DNA from: a virus
Strand: one strand, 5' to 3'
Length of the DNA: 64,000 nucleotides
IMG/VR virus record: IMGVR_UViG_3300033145_000733
Location: 2,525-66,524 of that record
Made by a program: the position numbers and the translations under genes. Shown here piece by piece: positions 8,993-18,579 of this stretch. The notes under the pieces were generated by a model. It made no database searches. It was not told the origin of the DNA and worked only from the letters and a program-made list of their open reading frames with translations. The number at the start of each line of letters is the position of its first letter. The first letter of the stretch is position 1.

Positions 8993-10696
8993 TTAATCAT
9001 TCTCCATTATGATTATCTTACCAATCTTGGAACTCCAGCCACCAGTATAGTGATTTGGTGTCATTACCCATATAGTAGGACATGGTATCTTTTTTGGATA
9101 AGTCCCTGCCCCATCTGTGCAGTATATTATCCCATCTACTTTTTGTTTTAGTTTGAACGTTTCGCCATTTCCATTCTTGTATACCATCTTGTCCACAAAC
9201 CTGAATACAGGAGTAAAGTCTGTTCCACCATAACCGTAACGCTTTATGCCTTCACTCTTTGGTGGTTTTCTCTTGTATGGCTGAACATGGGTAATATCAG
9301 CATCACATTCCACATGGGTTAAGCTGATGCCAGCTTTGAACATTGCTCCCATTTCTTTCCAGAACATAGCGAATTCTTTATCATCAACACTGCCAGAACT
9401 ATCAGTTGCCACCACAAAATGAGCTTTACGTTCAACTTTGTAGCCTGGAAATACTACAGGAAATCGTCTATTTAGCCTTTTTCTGGTGCTTACAAAGTGC
9501 GAGAATTCACGGAAACCATAAAATCTACGTAATTCAGATTTCCAAGTTATAGTTTTATGTTCAAGACATTCGTCAATAAGACCCTTTAACCAACCTGGCA
9601 TGTATCCCTGAGACTTCTCATTAACCTTATGGACAGCTTTCTTAACCATTTCCTTAATTTTTTCGTGTGCCATTTCCTTGTTATCACTACCTGCTGCCCA
9701 CGCTTGATGGTTATCCATTGGCATTGGTATCTTTGTTCCGTTTACATCTACACCACACCCACTACCAGTTTTTGGTGACTCGGTTTTAGAGGTCTGATCT
9801 CCACCACTGCCATCATTACTCTCTTTTTGAGTGTAGCTACCATCACCCTTACCGCTTCCACCACTGCCACTCTGTTTACCATCACCCTCTTGATTACCTA
9901 AACTATTCTTATCTTTTTTACCAGCACCTTCTTGCCCTTGCCCTTCTTGCCCTTGCCCCTGTCCACTGCCATTCTGCTGACCATCTTGACCCTGACCATC
10001 TTGACCCTCTTGACCCATGTTATCTTTTGCCGCTTTTTCCTGTTTACCAGTAATATTACTCCCAATTTCAATTATGTATTTTGGAATTTTACTCCACAAA
10101 ATATCATAATAAAGCTCAGAAGCCTTTTCACTTTCAAGAGTAATCTTTTTATCCTCAATCCTAAAATTGTGAATATCAAGAGGTTCAAATACATGTGTAT
10201 CAGGGCTGAGTACCATATTACATACTGGACATTTGGTACGAAACTGACCTGATGATGTTTTCCTCACAAATATATTACATTCTGGACACATGCCACCATA
10301 CGGTAGTCCTTTAATATACTGGTTTATCGCAAGGTCATTTGCCAAATTCCAGATATAATGATTACGGTTCTCTACACGTAGTAGGTGCTTATTGAGAATA
10401 TGAAGTATTTCATGCTCAAGAACAGCTATTTTCTCTTCTGCCGTTAACCCCCATGTTTGTGCGCCAGGATTACTTTTGTCGTAATCACCACTATTATAGA
10501 ATTGTCTGTTAATGAATAGATGCGGTTGTAATTCATCACTTATCATCACAGCAAGTGTTGAAATTACTTGCCCCGCACCTACAGTAGACTTGCTATCAAC
10601 GCTGTGTCGCCTAAATTGTTGTAGCAGATGCCCATAAAAATGCTTATGTTGCAATAATAGTTCTATTACTTCTGGCTCAATTAGTTCTTTTACCAT
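8993..10696 (-). CDS. vWA-like domain / HExxH metallopeptidase (DUF2201-like), partner of MoxR AAA+
   Basis: HEILH, N.ANDLAIN, G/Q-rich linker, DSSGS MIDAS, GGTDF, TDG. Confidence 0.85.
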   Translation of the reverse strand: MVKELIEPEVIELLLQHKHFYGHLLQQFRRHSVDSKSTVGAGQVISTLAVMISDELQPHLFINRQFYNSGDYDKSNPGAQTWGLTAEEKIAVLEHEILHILNKHLLRVENRNHYIWNLANDLAINQYIKGLPYGGMCPECNIFVRKTSSGQFRTKCPVCNMVLSPDTHVFEPLDIHNFRIEDKKITLESEKASELYYDILWSKIPKYIIEIGSNITGKQEKAAKDNMGQEGQDGQGQDGQQNGSGQGQGQEGQGQEGAGKKDKNSLGNQEGDGKQSGSGGSGKGDGSYTQKESNDGSGGDQTSKTESPKTGSGCGVDVNGTKIPMPMDNHQAWAAGSDNKEMAHEKIKEMVKKAVHKVNEKSQGYMPGWLKGLIDECLEHKTITWKSELRRFYGFREFSHFVSTRKRLNRRFPVVFPGYKVERKAHFVVATDSSGSVDDKEFAMFWKEMGAMFKAGISLTHVECDADITHVQPYKRKPPKSEGIKRYGYGGTDFTPVFRFVDKMVYKNGNGETFKLKQKVDGIIYCTDGAGTYPKKIPCPTIWVMTPNHYTGGWSSKIGKIIIMEND

Positions 10697-10708
10697 TTAC
10701 TATCCTTT

Positions 10709-10875
10709 CAGTATTAGGTTGGTTGTTAACATTTCCATTTCAAAGCCACGTGAATTAACTTACCTAATACCGACCTTTGGGTAAAGTAGAATAAATCTGC
10801 CTCTGGAACAGCTAAGCCAACAAAGACTTTTCTTTGTTGGAAGTTCGCCTATAGACTTATAGATACTCTACCCAA
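10709..10875 (-). other. candidate structured RNA element between the AAA+ and vWA genes
   Basis: paired arms 10709-10719/10762-10772, 10777-10788/10864-10875 and a perfect 10-bp hairpin at 10817-10840. Confidence 0.55.
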
Positions 10876-10902
10876 TGTCATACTCCCAAATGTAACTGCC
10901 AT

Positions 10903-12090
10903 TTATCCGATGTCACCCTTTCTTGCGTGCTTTAAAATCATAAACAAATCATCACGTTTAAGCAACAGCCGCTCATTCATATCATTGTTTAGAGCAAGGT
11001 CTTTAAGCACCGAGAATGCCAAATCTTCTGGTAGAAGTACAAAGAAATCGCCAAGATTACCGAGTTGCTTCTCGTTATACTTAGTTGATTTGGCGCCAGT
11101 TAAACACTGGTTAATTTCGTCTAGTGTAATTCGTAACAAATCAAATCTAGTATTTCCTTCGCCAGATTCCACCTGTGACAAAACCCTATCCCTAATCTTG
11201 GGGAAACTGTTGAATATTTCAGCCGCTTTAAGTGGTTTGTCCAGTTCGGTTTTAAGAGATTGAATAAAAGCAATAGCTGCCGTTGGACCAATTACCGTCT
11301 CGGCAACCTCTGTCCAGTATTTCTTTGGTATTGTGTTGCCACCCAGAAGTTTGTGTAGAAACTCATAAGAACGTGGAGATGGCGTAATTTCTACAGGAAT
11401 ATCTATTGCATCATTGCCAAGAAATTTAGTATCTGTAGCAATGAAGTCAATAATATCTTGCAACATCCCATATTCACGTGCCCATTTCAACCAATTATCC
11501 GTAGTCAAAGTAAATTTCATGTTGACAAACCTATCTAGGAGAGCAGGGTCAATTTCTTCTACGTTATACTCTTGACCAGTGCCAGCATCAGTTGATGGTG
11601 GATTACAAGCGCATACAATAGCACAATCATCGGGAATTTTATGAGTGTGTATTCTGCGGTCAAGCACAATCTGAAATGCCGCTTGTTGCACATCAAGACG
11701 ACCACGATTAAACTCGTCAAAGAATATGCAACGCTTCTCGCCGTTTGATGGAAACCATGATGGTGCTAACCAAATTGTCCTACCCACTATCGGTATTCGT
11801 GCCTGGTCTTGCTGTTCGCACATCGGACAATAAGCAGTTTTTATGCCAAAACCATATTTAGTTTGACACTTTGGACAGTAATATTCTTGTGCTGGCATTC
11901 CAATCAAATCACCAACCTCAAGTTGCCCAAGTCTAAGGTCAATAACCTCATAACCTAACGCCTCAAACACTTCTCTGGTAATCATACTCTTACCAATACC
12001 ATGTCTGCCCCATAACATCGGGGTTAGGTTGACTTGCGAACACCTTTGTAGTATCAGTTGCACCAGCTCAATGTTTTCCATAAATATCAC
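10903..12090 (-). CDS. MoxR-like AAA+ ATPase with Zn-finger insertion
   Basis: GRHGIGKS Walker A, FFDEFNR Walker B, CACNP sensor, DPALLDRF arginine finger. Confidence 0.88.
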   Translation of the reverse strand: MIFMENIELVQLILQRCSQVNLTPMLWGRHGIGKSMITREVFEALGYEVIDLRLGQLEVGDLIGMPAQEYYCPKCQTKYGFGIKTAYCPMCEQQDQARIPIVGRTIWLAPSWFPSNGEKRCIFFDEFNRGRLDVQQAAFQIVLDRRIHTHKIPDDCAIVCACNPPSTDAGTGQEYNVEEIDPALLDRFVNMKFTLTTDNWLKWAREYGMLQDIIDFIATDTKFLGNDAIDIPVEITPSPRSYEFLHKLLGGNTIPKKYWTEVAETVIGPTAAIAFIQSLKTELDKPLKAAEIFNSFPKIRDRVLSQVESGEGNTRFDLLRITLDEINQCLTGAKSTKYNEKQLGNLGDFFVLLPEDLAFSVLKDLALNNDMNERLLLKRDDLFMILKHARKGDIG

Positions 12091-12106
12091 TCTCCCACTT
12101 TCTTAT

Positions 12107-12135
12107 ATTATACCATAAGCCGTTATTATTGTCAA
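12107..12135 (-). promoter_or_regulatory. sigma70-type promoter with GGCTTATGG spacer
   Basis: TTGACA-17-TATAAT; contains the TGA stop of the upstream ORF. Confidence 0.8.
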
Positions 12136-12674
12136 GCTTTATCTTCGGCTATTTTAAACCACCCATCAAAGGTTTCATCGGTCAACTTTGGAATTTTAGT
12201 AAGATTAGCTACTTGTTTTTTTGCTATGTTATTGAACACTCTTATTTGCCCCAAACTAAATGGTCTACTATCAGACCTAGACATTATATCAGCAACAAGA
12301 TGATTAGCCCTAAATCCCAAGTCCAAATCCTTTAGCCGATAACCAAGTTTTCTTGTTGCCACTTGCTCAAATACCTTATCATCACCAGTGACACAAGCAT
12401 CAATATAGATACCTGTGGCTAAACTTTTCTGTGGGTCTGATAAAGTTCCAGTTTTCTCTACGTAAGCCATTAAACTATCAACTAAACTTCGCATCCAGGG
12501 CAAGTGTTGCTTAGTTTCTTCTAACCTATCCCAAAGTGTTTTATTGCCTGGAACAGTGAAAAACTCCTTTAAGCTATCTTCTTTATCTTTGCCAGTGAAA
12601 CCCTCACCAATCGGAACATGGCGTTTAGGTTTACCCATCTTCCAATTTTTAGCTCTCATTTTTATCCGTGTCAC
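12132..12674 (-). CDS. hypothetical protein
   Basis: 180-aa ORF in operon. Confidence 0.65.
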   Translation of the reverse strand: MTRIKMRAKNWKMGKPKRHVPIGEGFTGKDKEDSLKEFFTVPGNKTLWDRLEETKQHLPWMRSLVDSLMAYVEKTGTLSDPQKSLATGIYIDACVTGDDKVFEQVATRKLGYRLKDLDLGFRANHLVADIMSRSDSRPFSLGQIRVFNNIAKKQVANLTKIPKLTDETFDGWFKIAEDKA

Positions 12675-13032
12675 CTAATCCTTCTAATCCTTCTAAATCG
12701 CCACCCTTTAACAAATTTCCCATCATATCAGTAAATTTACTCAATACTACGGTACTATCAATTCCAGCATTTATAATATTAAGCAATAGCATATATTCCA
12801 ACGCCATTGATACTGATACAGAATTTGGGTCTCCAACCATCACTGCCCCAACAGCAAATTTATTTGCCCTTTCTACGATGTATTGAAATAGAATAGGATT
12901 TTTATCATGCAAATTCTGTAGTTCGTCATTAAGCCAATTCTTAATAGCCCCTTTCGTAACTTGCTCAGTGAGTATATTTAACTGTTTCGTAATTTGCTCT
13001 TCGTCAATTTTTGGTAGGTGCTCTAACGTCAT
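12649..13032 (-). CDS. hypothetical protein (likely start ATG at 13032)
   Basis: GAGG ribosome-binding site upstream of MTLEHLP. Confidence 0.6.
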   Translation of the reverse strand: MTLEHLPKIDEEQITKQLNILTEQVTKGAIKNWLNDELQNLHDKNPILFQYIVERANKFAVGAVMVGDPNSVSVSMALEYMLLLNIINAGIDSTVVLSKFTDMMGNLLKGGDLEGLEGLGDTDKNES

Positions 13033-13167
13033 GCTACAATCCTCATTATGCACATTATAAAAGCAAATTGGATACTTGGGTCACACAGAATTGATAGCCT
13101 ATTACGACCATTTGTATTAAGACGAGATAAAAAATTAAACACCGTATAAATCATAATACCTCCAACC

Positions 13168-13243
13168 GAGTCGGGTGGAATGATGCCTTATTAACAGCAT
13201 CCCCCCAGGGTGTCAACTGGGCATCATTTCCACTCCGCAACTC
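13168..13243 (-). other. long imperfect intergenic hairpin
   Basis: GAGTGGAAATGATGCC pairs with GGCATCATTCCACCC; lies just upstream of a GGAGG site. Confidence 0.55.
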
Positions 13244-13244
13244 C

Positions 13245-13568
13245 CTAATTTGTGCGAAAATATCCTAAAATATCTTCTTGTAATTTATTCTTTTCCTGCA
13301 TTTTAGTCATGGCTTGCACTTGTAATGTCTGTGAGTAACTTCGTATTACAATATGAATGATATTGACAAACGCAAGCACACCATAAATAATACCAACACC
13401 TTTCAATGCTGTTATAAATGTCAAGGGAACTGCAATTGATAATGCCGCAACACATAGTACGTTCCACACAAGCATTAACAATCCAGCAAATGCACAAGCA
13501 ATACCACCTAGCAATAAAATTGCTAGTAAGATACCAGCCAGCATCACGAACACTTTAGAACCTTTCAT
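13245..13568 (-). CDS. membrane protein
   Basis: two or three long hydrophobic segments. Confidence 0.65.
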   Translation of the reverse strand: MKGSKVFVMLAGILLAILLLGGIACAFAGLLMLVWNVLCVAALSIAVPLTFITALKGVGIIYGVLAFVNIIHIVIRSYSQTLQVQAMTKMQEKNKLQEDILGYFRTN

Positions 13569-13580
13569 ATCAGTTCCTTT

Positions 13581-14324
13581 CTATTTATTTACTAGTGCCT
13601 TTAACGCATCTTCCAAGTTCTGCCGAGGTTCTTGTGTGGTGGCTACTGGAATTACCTCACCAGCGAGCTTCTTTGTTGCCATCATGTTTAGTGTGTCAAG
13701 GTACTTATCTGAATAGTCCTCATGGTTAAATGTTTTAGAATACTTGCCGATAACCTGCGTTATTAGGTCAACCTGCTCATTAGTGGTTTGAGGTTTCTTC
13801 ACTTGTGGGGCTGGTTGTATCTCGCTATTCCAGAACATAGTAGAGAGAACCAACCCATCATTTACAAGCCGAATAGCACATAGATTTTCTCGCTGTGCTA
13901 TTGCCACCTTTCCAATAGCAACCTTGCCGAGCTTCTTCATACCTTCCAAGAGAAGGTTAAAAGCATTTTCTGCCCCGACTTCCTGTGGAGAAAGGTAATA
14001 GCCAGTATCAAATGTTAGTGTGTCGAGTTCCGTTGCGTCAACAAATCGGTCAATTTCAATATTCTTCGTAGTGGAGAGTGGAAGACTGGCGAGTTCCTCT
14101 TTACTGAAGGTTACTACATTGCCCTTACTTACCTCAAGACCCTTGACAATATCTTCTGTGATAAGTTCCTTGCCGCAAGCTTTACAGATTTTCTTTCTGC
14201 CACCAGCACCCATATCTTCCTTGTGATATTCGTGCAGGTTACTCTTAGCTTCCCTTGCCACATTGTCCAGCTTAACAGGAATGAGGAACATTCCGCCGAT
14301 TGAGATAGACATTTTCCTTGCCAT
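13581..14324 (-). CDS. ku: Ku non-homologous end-joining DNA-end-binding protein
   Basis: SISIG..IPVKL, EDIVKG, ELASLP..TTKNIEIDRFV, YYLSP, AIGKV, Y.DKY pattern of prokaryotic Ku. Confidence 0.9.
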   Translation of the reverse strand: MARKMSISIGGMFLIPVKLDNVAREAKSNLHEYHKEDMGAGGRKKICKACGKELITEDIVKGLEVSKGNVVTFSKEELASLPLSTTKNIEIDRFVDATELDTLTFDTGYYLSPQEVGAENAFNLLLEGMKKLGKVAIGKVAIAQRENLCAIRLVNDGLVLSTMFWNSEIQPAPQVKKPQTTNEQVDLITQVIGKYSKTFNHEDYSDKYLDTLNMMATKKLAGEVIPVATTQEPRQNLEDALKALVNK

Positions 14325-14325
14325 T

Positions 14326-14727
14326 TTATTCTCCTTTGTTACCCCTTATCAATTTTTCTATGGCTAGGCAGAGAGCAAGGGCAGGATTATTTTTATCTTT
14401 ACCATCAAATGTCTTGCCTTCTTCCACTCCAACAAACGCAATATATTCCTTCTTTTTGTTCCAGTTATTTAATTGAAACCAACTTAGCTTTGGCACTAGC
14501 CACTTAAAGCAGGCATCCAGGGATTGCGTGAAAAGGTCGGAGATAGTTTCGTGGTGATAGTAAGTCCCCACTTCCAGAACACACTCGCCCAATCCCTTTT
14601 CAACAAAAAGCCTAGCTTCCTCAGTAAAAAGTCGCTCAATCCGAATAGAGTCACCGACTTCTACTAGAAAATCAGATGGTGGAAATAAAAACTCTGCCAG
14701 CTTCTTGTTTAGTTTCTGTTCATCCAT
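14326..14727 (-). CDS. phage ABA-sandwich-like hypothetical protein
   Basis: LN.KLAE...FTQSLDAC...PALALCLA pattern. Confidence 0.5.
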   Translation of the reverse strand: MDEQKLNKKLAEFLFPPSDFLVEVGDSIRIERLFTEEARLFVEKGLGECVLEVGTYYHHETISDLFTQSLDACFKWLVPKLSWFQLNNWNKKKEYIAFVGVEEGKTFDGKDKNNPALALCLAIEKLIRGNKGE

Positions 14728-14881
14728 TATTTTTCTCCATCATACTGTTTTAATCAACGTAAACAGTAGATTTATCTTCTTCGTGGCAAACTGGACAACC
14801 CTCTGAGAAGCTATGACTATACCAAATTTCACCACATTTACAGATATGCTCATACATAATAGGTTACACCCCCATTATCTA

Positions 14882-14910
14882 ATTATACCATAAGCCGTAT
14901 CAAATGTCAA
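14882..14910 (-). promoter_or_regulatory. sigma70-type promoter with GGCTTATGG spacer
   Basis: TTGACA-17-TATAAT; includes the upstream stop codon. Confidence 0.8.
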
Positions 14911-15602
14911 GTTTTATTTACTTTTCTCATTTCATAGATAAGTAATAATCTTGCCGTGTGTGAATTGACTCCCTTATTATCAAATGTGCGTTTTATTATT
15001 ATAGTTTGTGGCGTGTCCCATGTATAATTACTGATTGCTTTAGTATCATCGTTGGTGAGTTTCCAAACAGTGCCACCAAATCTTGCATACCACACTTGCC
15101 TAAATTCGTAACCGAAACCAATTGTGCCCATTTTACGTCTTAAACTTTGAAGTCGCAGTAATTCATCATTACGTTTCTTATCCGCCATCCTTATTTTAGC
15201 TTCTTCTCTTTGGTTGTCAATACTCTTTACTAATGGAGCATTGTAATCGCCATCATCTACATTACCAGTCCAGCAATTAAATACACTTTTACAATTATCA
15301 CAGCAAACATCTAACCCATCGGGAGAGTAGAAGTCACCTACCAATCTTTGCCTACAATCAGGATGAACAATAATGTTTGGTTCAGGTCGTTCAGTATTAT
15401 TAAATCCAGCATAACCACGACTATAGCCACCACGACTATTGACTTTTTTCTTACTTTTGTTGGTTAAATGCCAATTAGATGCACCACAATTGGGGCATTT
15501 CATTTTATCCATTATTAAGTGTGAAAAGGCAAATTTCTTTGACGCATCACGTTCAGCCAAAGTAGTAAAATCTTTTTTGCATCTATTACAGTGAAATTTC
15601 AT
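14907..15602 (-). CDS. Zn-ribbon protein with variant Cys module (CDNCKSVFNCWT)
   Basis: CNRC...CPNC plus the motif. Confidence 0.7.
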   Translation of the reverse strand: MKFHCNRCKKDFTTLAERDASKKFAFSHLIMDKMKCPNCGASNWHLTNKSKKKVNSRGGYSRGYAGFNNTERPEPNIIVHPDCRQRLVGDFYSPDGLDVCCDNCKSVFNCWTGNVDDGDYNAPLVKSIDNQREEAKIRMADKKRNDELLRLQSLRRKMGTIGFGYEFRQVWYARFGGTVWKLTNDDTKAISNYTWDTPQTIIIKRTFDNKGVNSHTARLLLIYEMRKVNKT

Positions 15603-15794
15603 TATGCCAATATAAAGTTCTTATCTTTATCCCTTACACACATTACTCCCGCATCATTGCCCTCACTATCACTGGAAGCATAAAGTAATACACCATTGCT
15701 CAACACAATGATTACTGTGCCACGACACCACCCCTCATTTTCTAATTCACCACTGGTCATTGGTCTTACCTTGACAACAGTTTGCCCAACAATA

Positions 15795-16139
15795 TTATCC
15801 AATTTCCACCTCTTTACCTATTATATCATAAGCCACCATTTTTGTCAAGTCTGGATTTACTCCCTTAATTTCAAGATACCATTGAATTATTTCACCTAAT
15901 GTTGGTCTTTCCGATGGTAATGGCATCTTGACTATTTCATCGGCAAAGTTTATTCTAATAGCATCGCCAGTGTAACATCTGAATTTTAATTTACACGTAT
16001 TGCAAACATCTGTATCTTTGCCCAAACATCTATTATCAAGCAATATTTCATACTCGTCAAATACTAAGATTATCTCTTTGCCAGGTTTTTCCTTTAATTC
16101 CCTGACTTTTATTTTAACATCATTGCCACTATCTTTCAT
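15795..16139 (-). CDS. hypothetical protein with Cys module (CNTCKLKFRCYT)
   Basis: motif in translation. Confidence 0.7.
   Translation of the reverse strand: MKDSGNDVKIKVRELKEKPGKEIILVFDEYEILLDNRCLGKDTDVCNTCKLKFRCYTGDAIRINFADEIVKMPLPSERPTLGEIIQWYLEIKGVNPDLTKMVAYDIIGKEVEIG
15820..15848 (-). promoter_or_regulatory. intragenic sigma70-type promoter with GGCTTATGA spacer
   Basis: TTGACA-17-TATAAT. Confidence 0.7.
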
Positions 16140-16186
16140 CTTAACTACTCCTATCTGTAATTATCACAGTGCCACTACTCTCACTA

Positions 16187-16534
16187 TCAACTCCTATGAA
16201 CCGCACTTATTAAATCGGTAATATGAAGATATACGGCTATGTTATCAGCTTTACCTAGTGGTTGATACGCCTGACCACCACCTTTCTCCTTCCGATTTTT
16301 TGCCCTACCTCTCTTTTTAATTCTCCATATGTCTTTATTAAGATATTTATTCAGTAGTGATAGGAAAAGTTTGCCTTCATCATCATTGGTAACATAGAAT
16401 GACCACTTTGGTATATTTAAATCATCAGTATCATATCTACGTGAAAAGCACTGAAATCTGCCATCACACTTATCACATTTCCTCATTCTAGTGGGGTGTA
16501 GTATCTGGCATTTAGATATGTCTTTTTCTTTCAT
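16187..16534 (-). CDS. hypothetical protein with N-terminal Cys module (CDKCDGRFQCFS)
   Basis: motif in translation. Confidence 0.7.
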   Translation of the reverse strand: MKEKDISKCQILHPTRMRKCDKCDGRFQCFSRRYDTDDLNIPKWSFYVTNDDEGKLFLSLLNKYLNKDIWRIKKRGRAKNRKEKGGGQAYQPLGKADNIAVYLHITDLISAVHRS

Positions 16535-16800
16535 AGGTTTTTATTTCTTAATTGCTCAAAAAATGATTGATTTGAATTCCAATCAATGTCACCATCAAAC
16601 TTCTGGCTGAGAAGACTTTTTATATCTTCTCTGACTCTTTTTAAAGCCCCTTCTATAGAATACTTATATTTCTCACCCATGTAACTTTCAAATAAAGCTT
16701 GTATCATTGGTTCGGCAAATACTTTTATATTAGTAAAGCATTTAAATCTTTCGGGGCAAGAACTGCACAAACATTTACGTTTCATTTTATTGTCCAACAC
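16531..16800 (-). CDS. hypothetical protein with N-terminal Cys module (CSSCPERFKCFT)
   Basis: motif in translation. Confidence 0.7.
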   Translation of the reverse strand: MLDNKMKRKCLCSSCPERFKCFTNIKVFAEPMIQALFESYMGEKYKYSIEGALKRVREDIKSLLSQKFDGDIDWNSNQSFFEQLRNKNL

Positions 16801-16988
16801 CTAAATCTAAAGGTACATACTTTACATGCCTTTTTAGAGTGTGTATAGAAATTATAATAGTACCTAAGTCCATCATGTTCTCTATATTCTTTAACTTTAT
16901 TCCATATTAAGTTTCGGCATTGCTTTATAATACCATCTGTTGGTATTATTCCCATATTTTCTGTAAACTTAACCTTTGTTAGTTTCAT
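16782..16988 (-). CDS. small protein ending in Cys module (CKVCTFRFRCWT)
   Basis: motif in translation. Confidence 0.7.
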   Translation of the reverse strand: MKLTKVKFTENMGIIPTDGIIKQCRNLIWNKVKEYREHDGLRYYYNFYTHSKKACKVCTFRFRCWTIK

Positions 16989-17914
16989 TTTACTGTGTCT
17001 ATATGCTCCACTGTCTTATCAAGGCGAATATCCCTAAATTGTGGATGCCGTAATGAGTTGATGCTACCATCTGGATTACGTATTACCCCATTATATTTTA
17101 CCTTTACCACAATTTTTGGTTCAACATAAGTCTCGTCACCTTTATGCCCTGTCACCATACCACTTAATACAGTGAGCATAGTTTCCTTCATTACAGTCTT
17201 AGACCCAAAGCCACCACCAACATAAGACAATGGAATTATTTCACCATTTACCCTATGCCCAACTAAAACAGAAAGCACCTTTGCTCTTTTAGTTCCAGAC
17301 TGGAAGCCGATGATAACAAAATCACCCTCAGTTTCAAACTTACGCTTTGTCCATTCACGTGTTACGCCATTGATATATTTTGACTCTGGGGTTTTCGCAA
17401 TAATCCCCTCATATCCACCATCAACTACCATCTGGTATAAATCATCTAACTCTTCTTGGTCGGCAACCATAACACTAGGAACAAGCACCGCATTTGGAGT
17501 GTAGAATTTCAGTTTCTCTAGGAACTCTCTAGTTGCCGCATAATCTAAGTTATTCCAAAGTTGGTGTCCCGCATACTTGAGACAGCCAAAAAACCCAAGA
17601 CTACAATTAGGGTCAAGTTTGTGCCTAGCAAAGTCATAAAAATCTTTACCACCACCCCAAACAAGCTCTGCCAAGAAAACGCTATCATCTGGAATTTTAT
17701 CCTCAAGTTCATCGAGAATAGGCATCTCTACTCGTATCCTACCATGCTCTGGCTTATTAGCAAGATAGAGTTTACCTTTTTGCTTGATAACGTATTGAAA
17801 CTCCCCATCAAGTTTTATCTCTGCCCGACAAGGGTAGGTGAACCCTTGTCCTTCTATCTCCATGAATGGGAGTCCAGCATAAAGCGAGCTAGTTTTATCT
17901 TGGTATGTTTTCAT
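16985..17914 (-). CDS. ATP-dependent DNA ligase
   Basis: EIKLDGE motif I, LAEL, EGIIAK motif IV, W.KRK motif V, SLRHPQF..IR.DK motif VI. Confidence 0.88.
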   Translation of the reverse strand: MKTYQDKTSSLYAGLPFMEIEGQGFTYPCRAEIKLDGEFQYVIKQKGKLYLANKPEHGRIRVEMPILDELEDKIPDDSVFLAELVWGGGKDFYDFARHKLDPNCSLGFFGCLKYAGHQLWNNLDYAATREFLEKLKFYTPNAVLVPSVMVADQEELDDLYQMVVDGGYEGIIAKTPESKYINGVTREWTKRKFETEGDFVIIGFQSGTKRAKVLSVLVGHRVNGEIIPLSYVGGGFGSKTVMKETMLTVLSGMVTGHKGDETYVEPKIVVKVKYNGVIRNPDGSINSLRHPQFRDIRLDKTVEHIDTVK

Positions 17915-18579
17915 TTATTTTACCTTAATTTTGACATCAGCACGAATGCCCCTTTTTTATTGCAATTACCACAGTGATACCTCATTTCTACATCGTAGAC
18001 ATGCCCCTTATCTTCGCTAACAAAGAATTTGTTTCCACATTCACAGCAAGTTCTTTTATGTTTAGCCACCTTTCTCCTGTCTCATAGGAAGATTTTATTT
18101 AGGTCTTTTTCGTCAATTATATCAATGTTGATTATCTTTTTAGAGTTGCCAACTCTACCACCCTCTCTGGCAACATGGTAAGAATTGATTGGGTAGTTAT
18201 TAAACCAATTCTCAATTACTTGCTCTATTGTCCAGCCATTTGAGTGTCTAGGTTCAAACAAGTATATTTCAGATGTGGTAACTCTAATAAATGTACCTTC
18301 AATTTCACGCTTCTTCTTAACCACTTGTTTCCCCATTATACTTTCACACCTACAATTTCTCTTATGCCAAATGTGCTAAGATGTGGTAATGGTTTATAAA
18401 TATTACCTGAACAGTTATGCGGTTCTGTTATTTCTATCCTTCTACCAACTATTTCTTTTATGGCATCATTTACGTTATCGCCATCAACTGTTATATTCAG
18501 ATACTCTATCTCTCCACACACTTTACATTTTGTTATTGCTACTAATATCATTTTGCCACCTTATCTTTCTCTTTACGCA

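Noticed and set aside
9780-10020. Short GQ/GQE-coding repeats in the vWA gene
   Set aside because: Ordinary low-complexity linker typical of this protein family.
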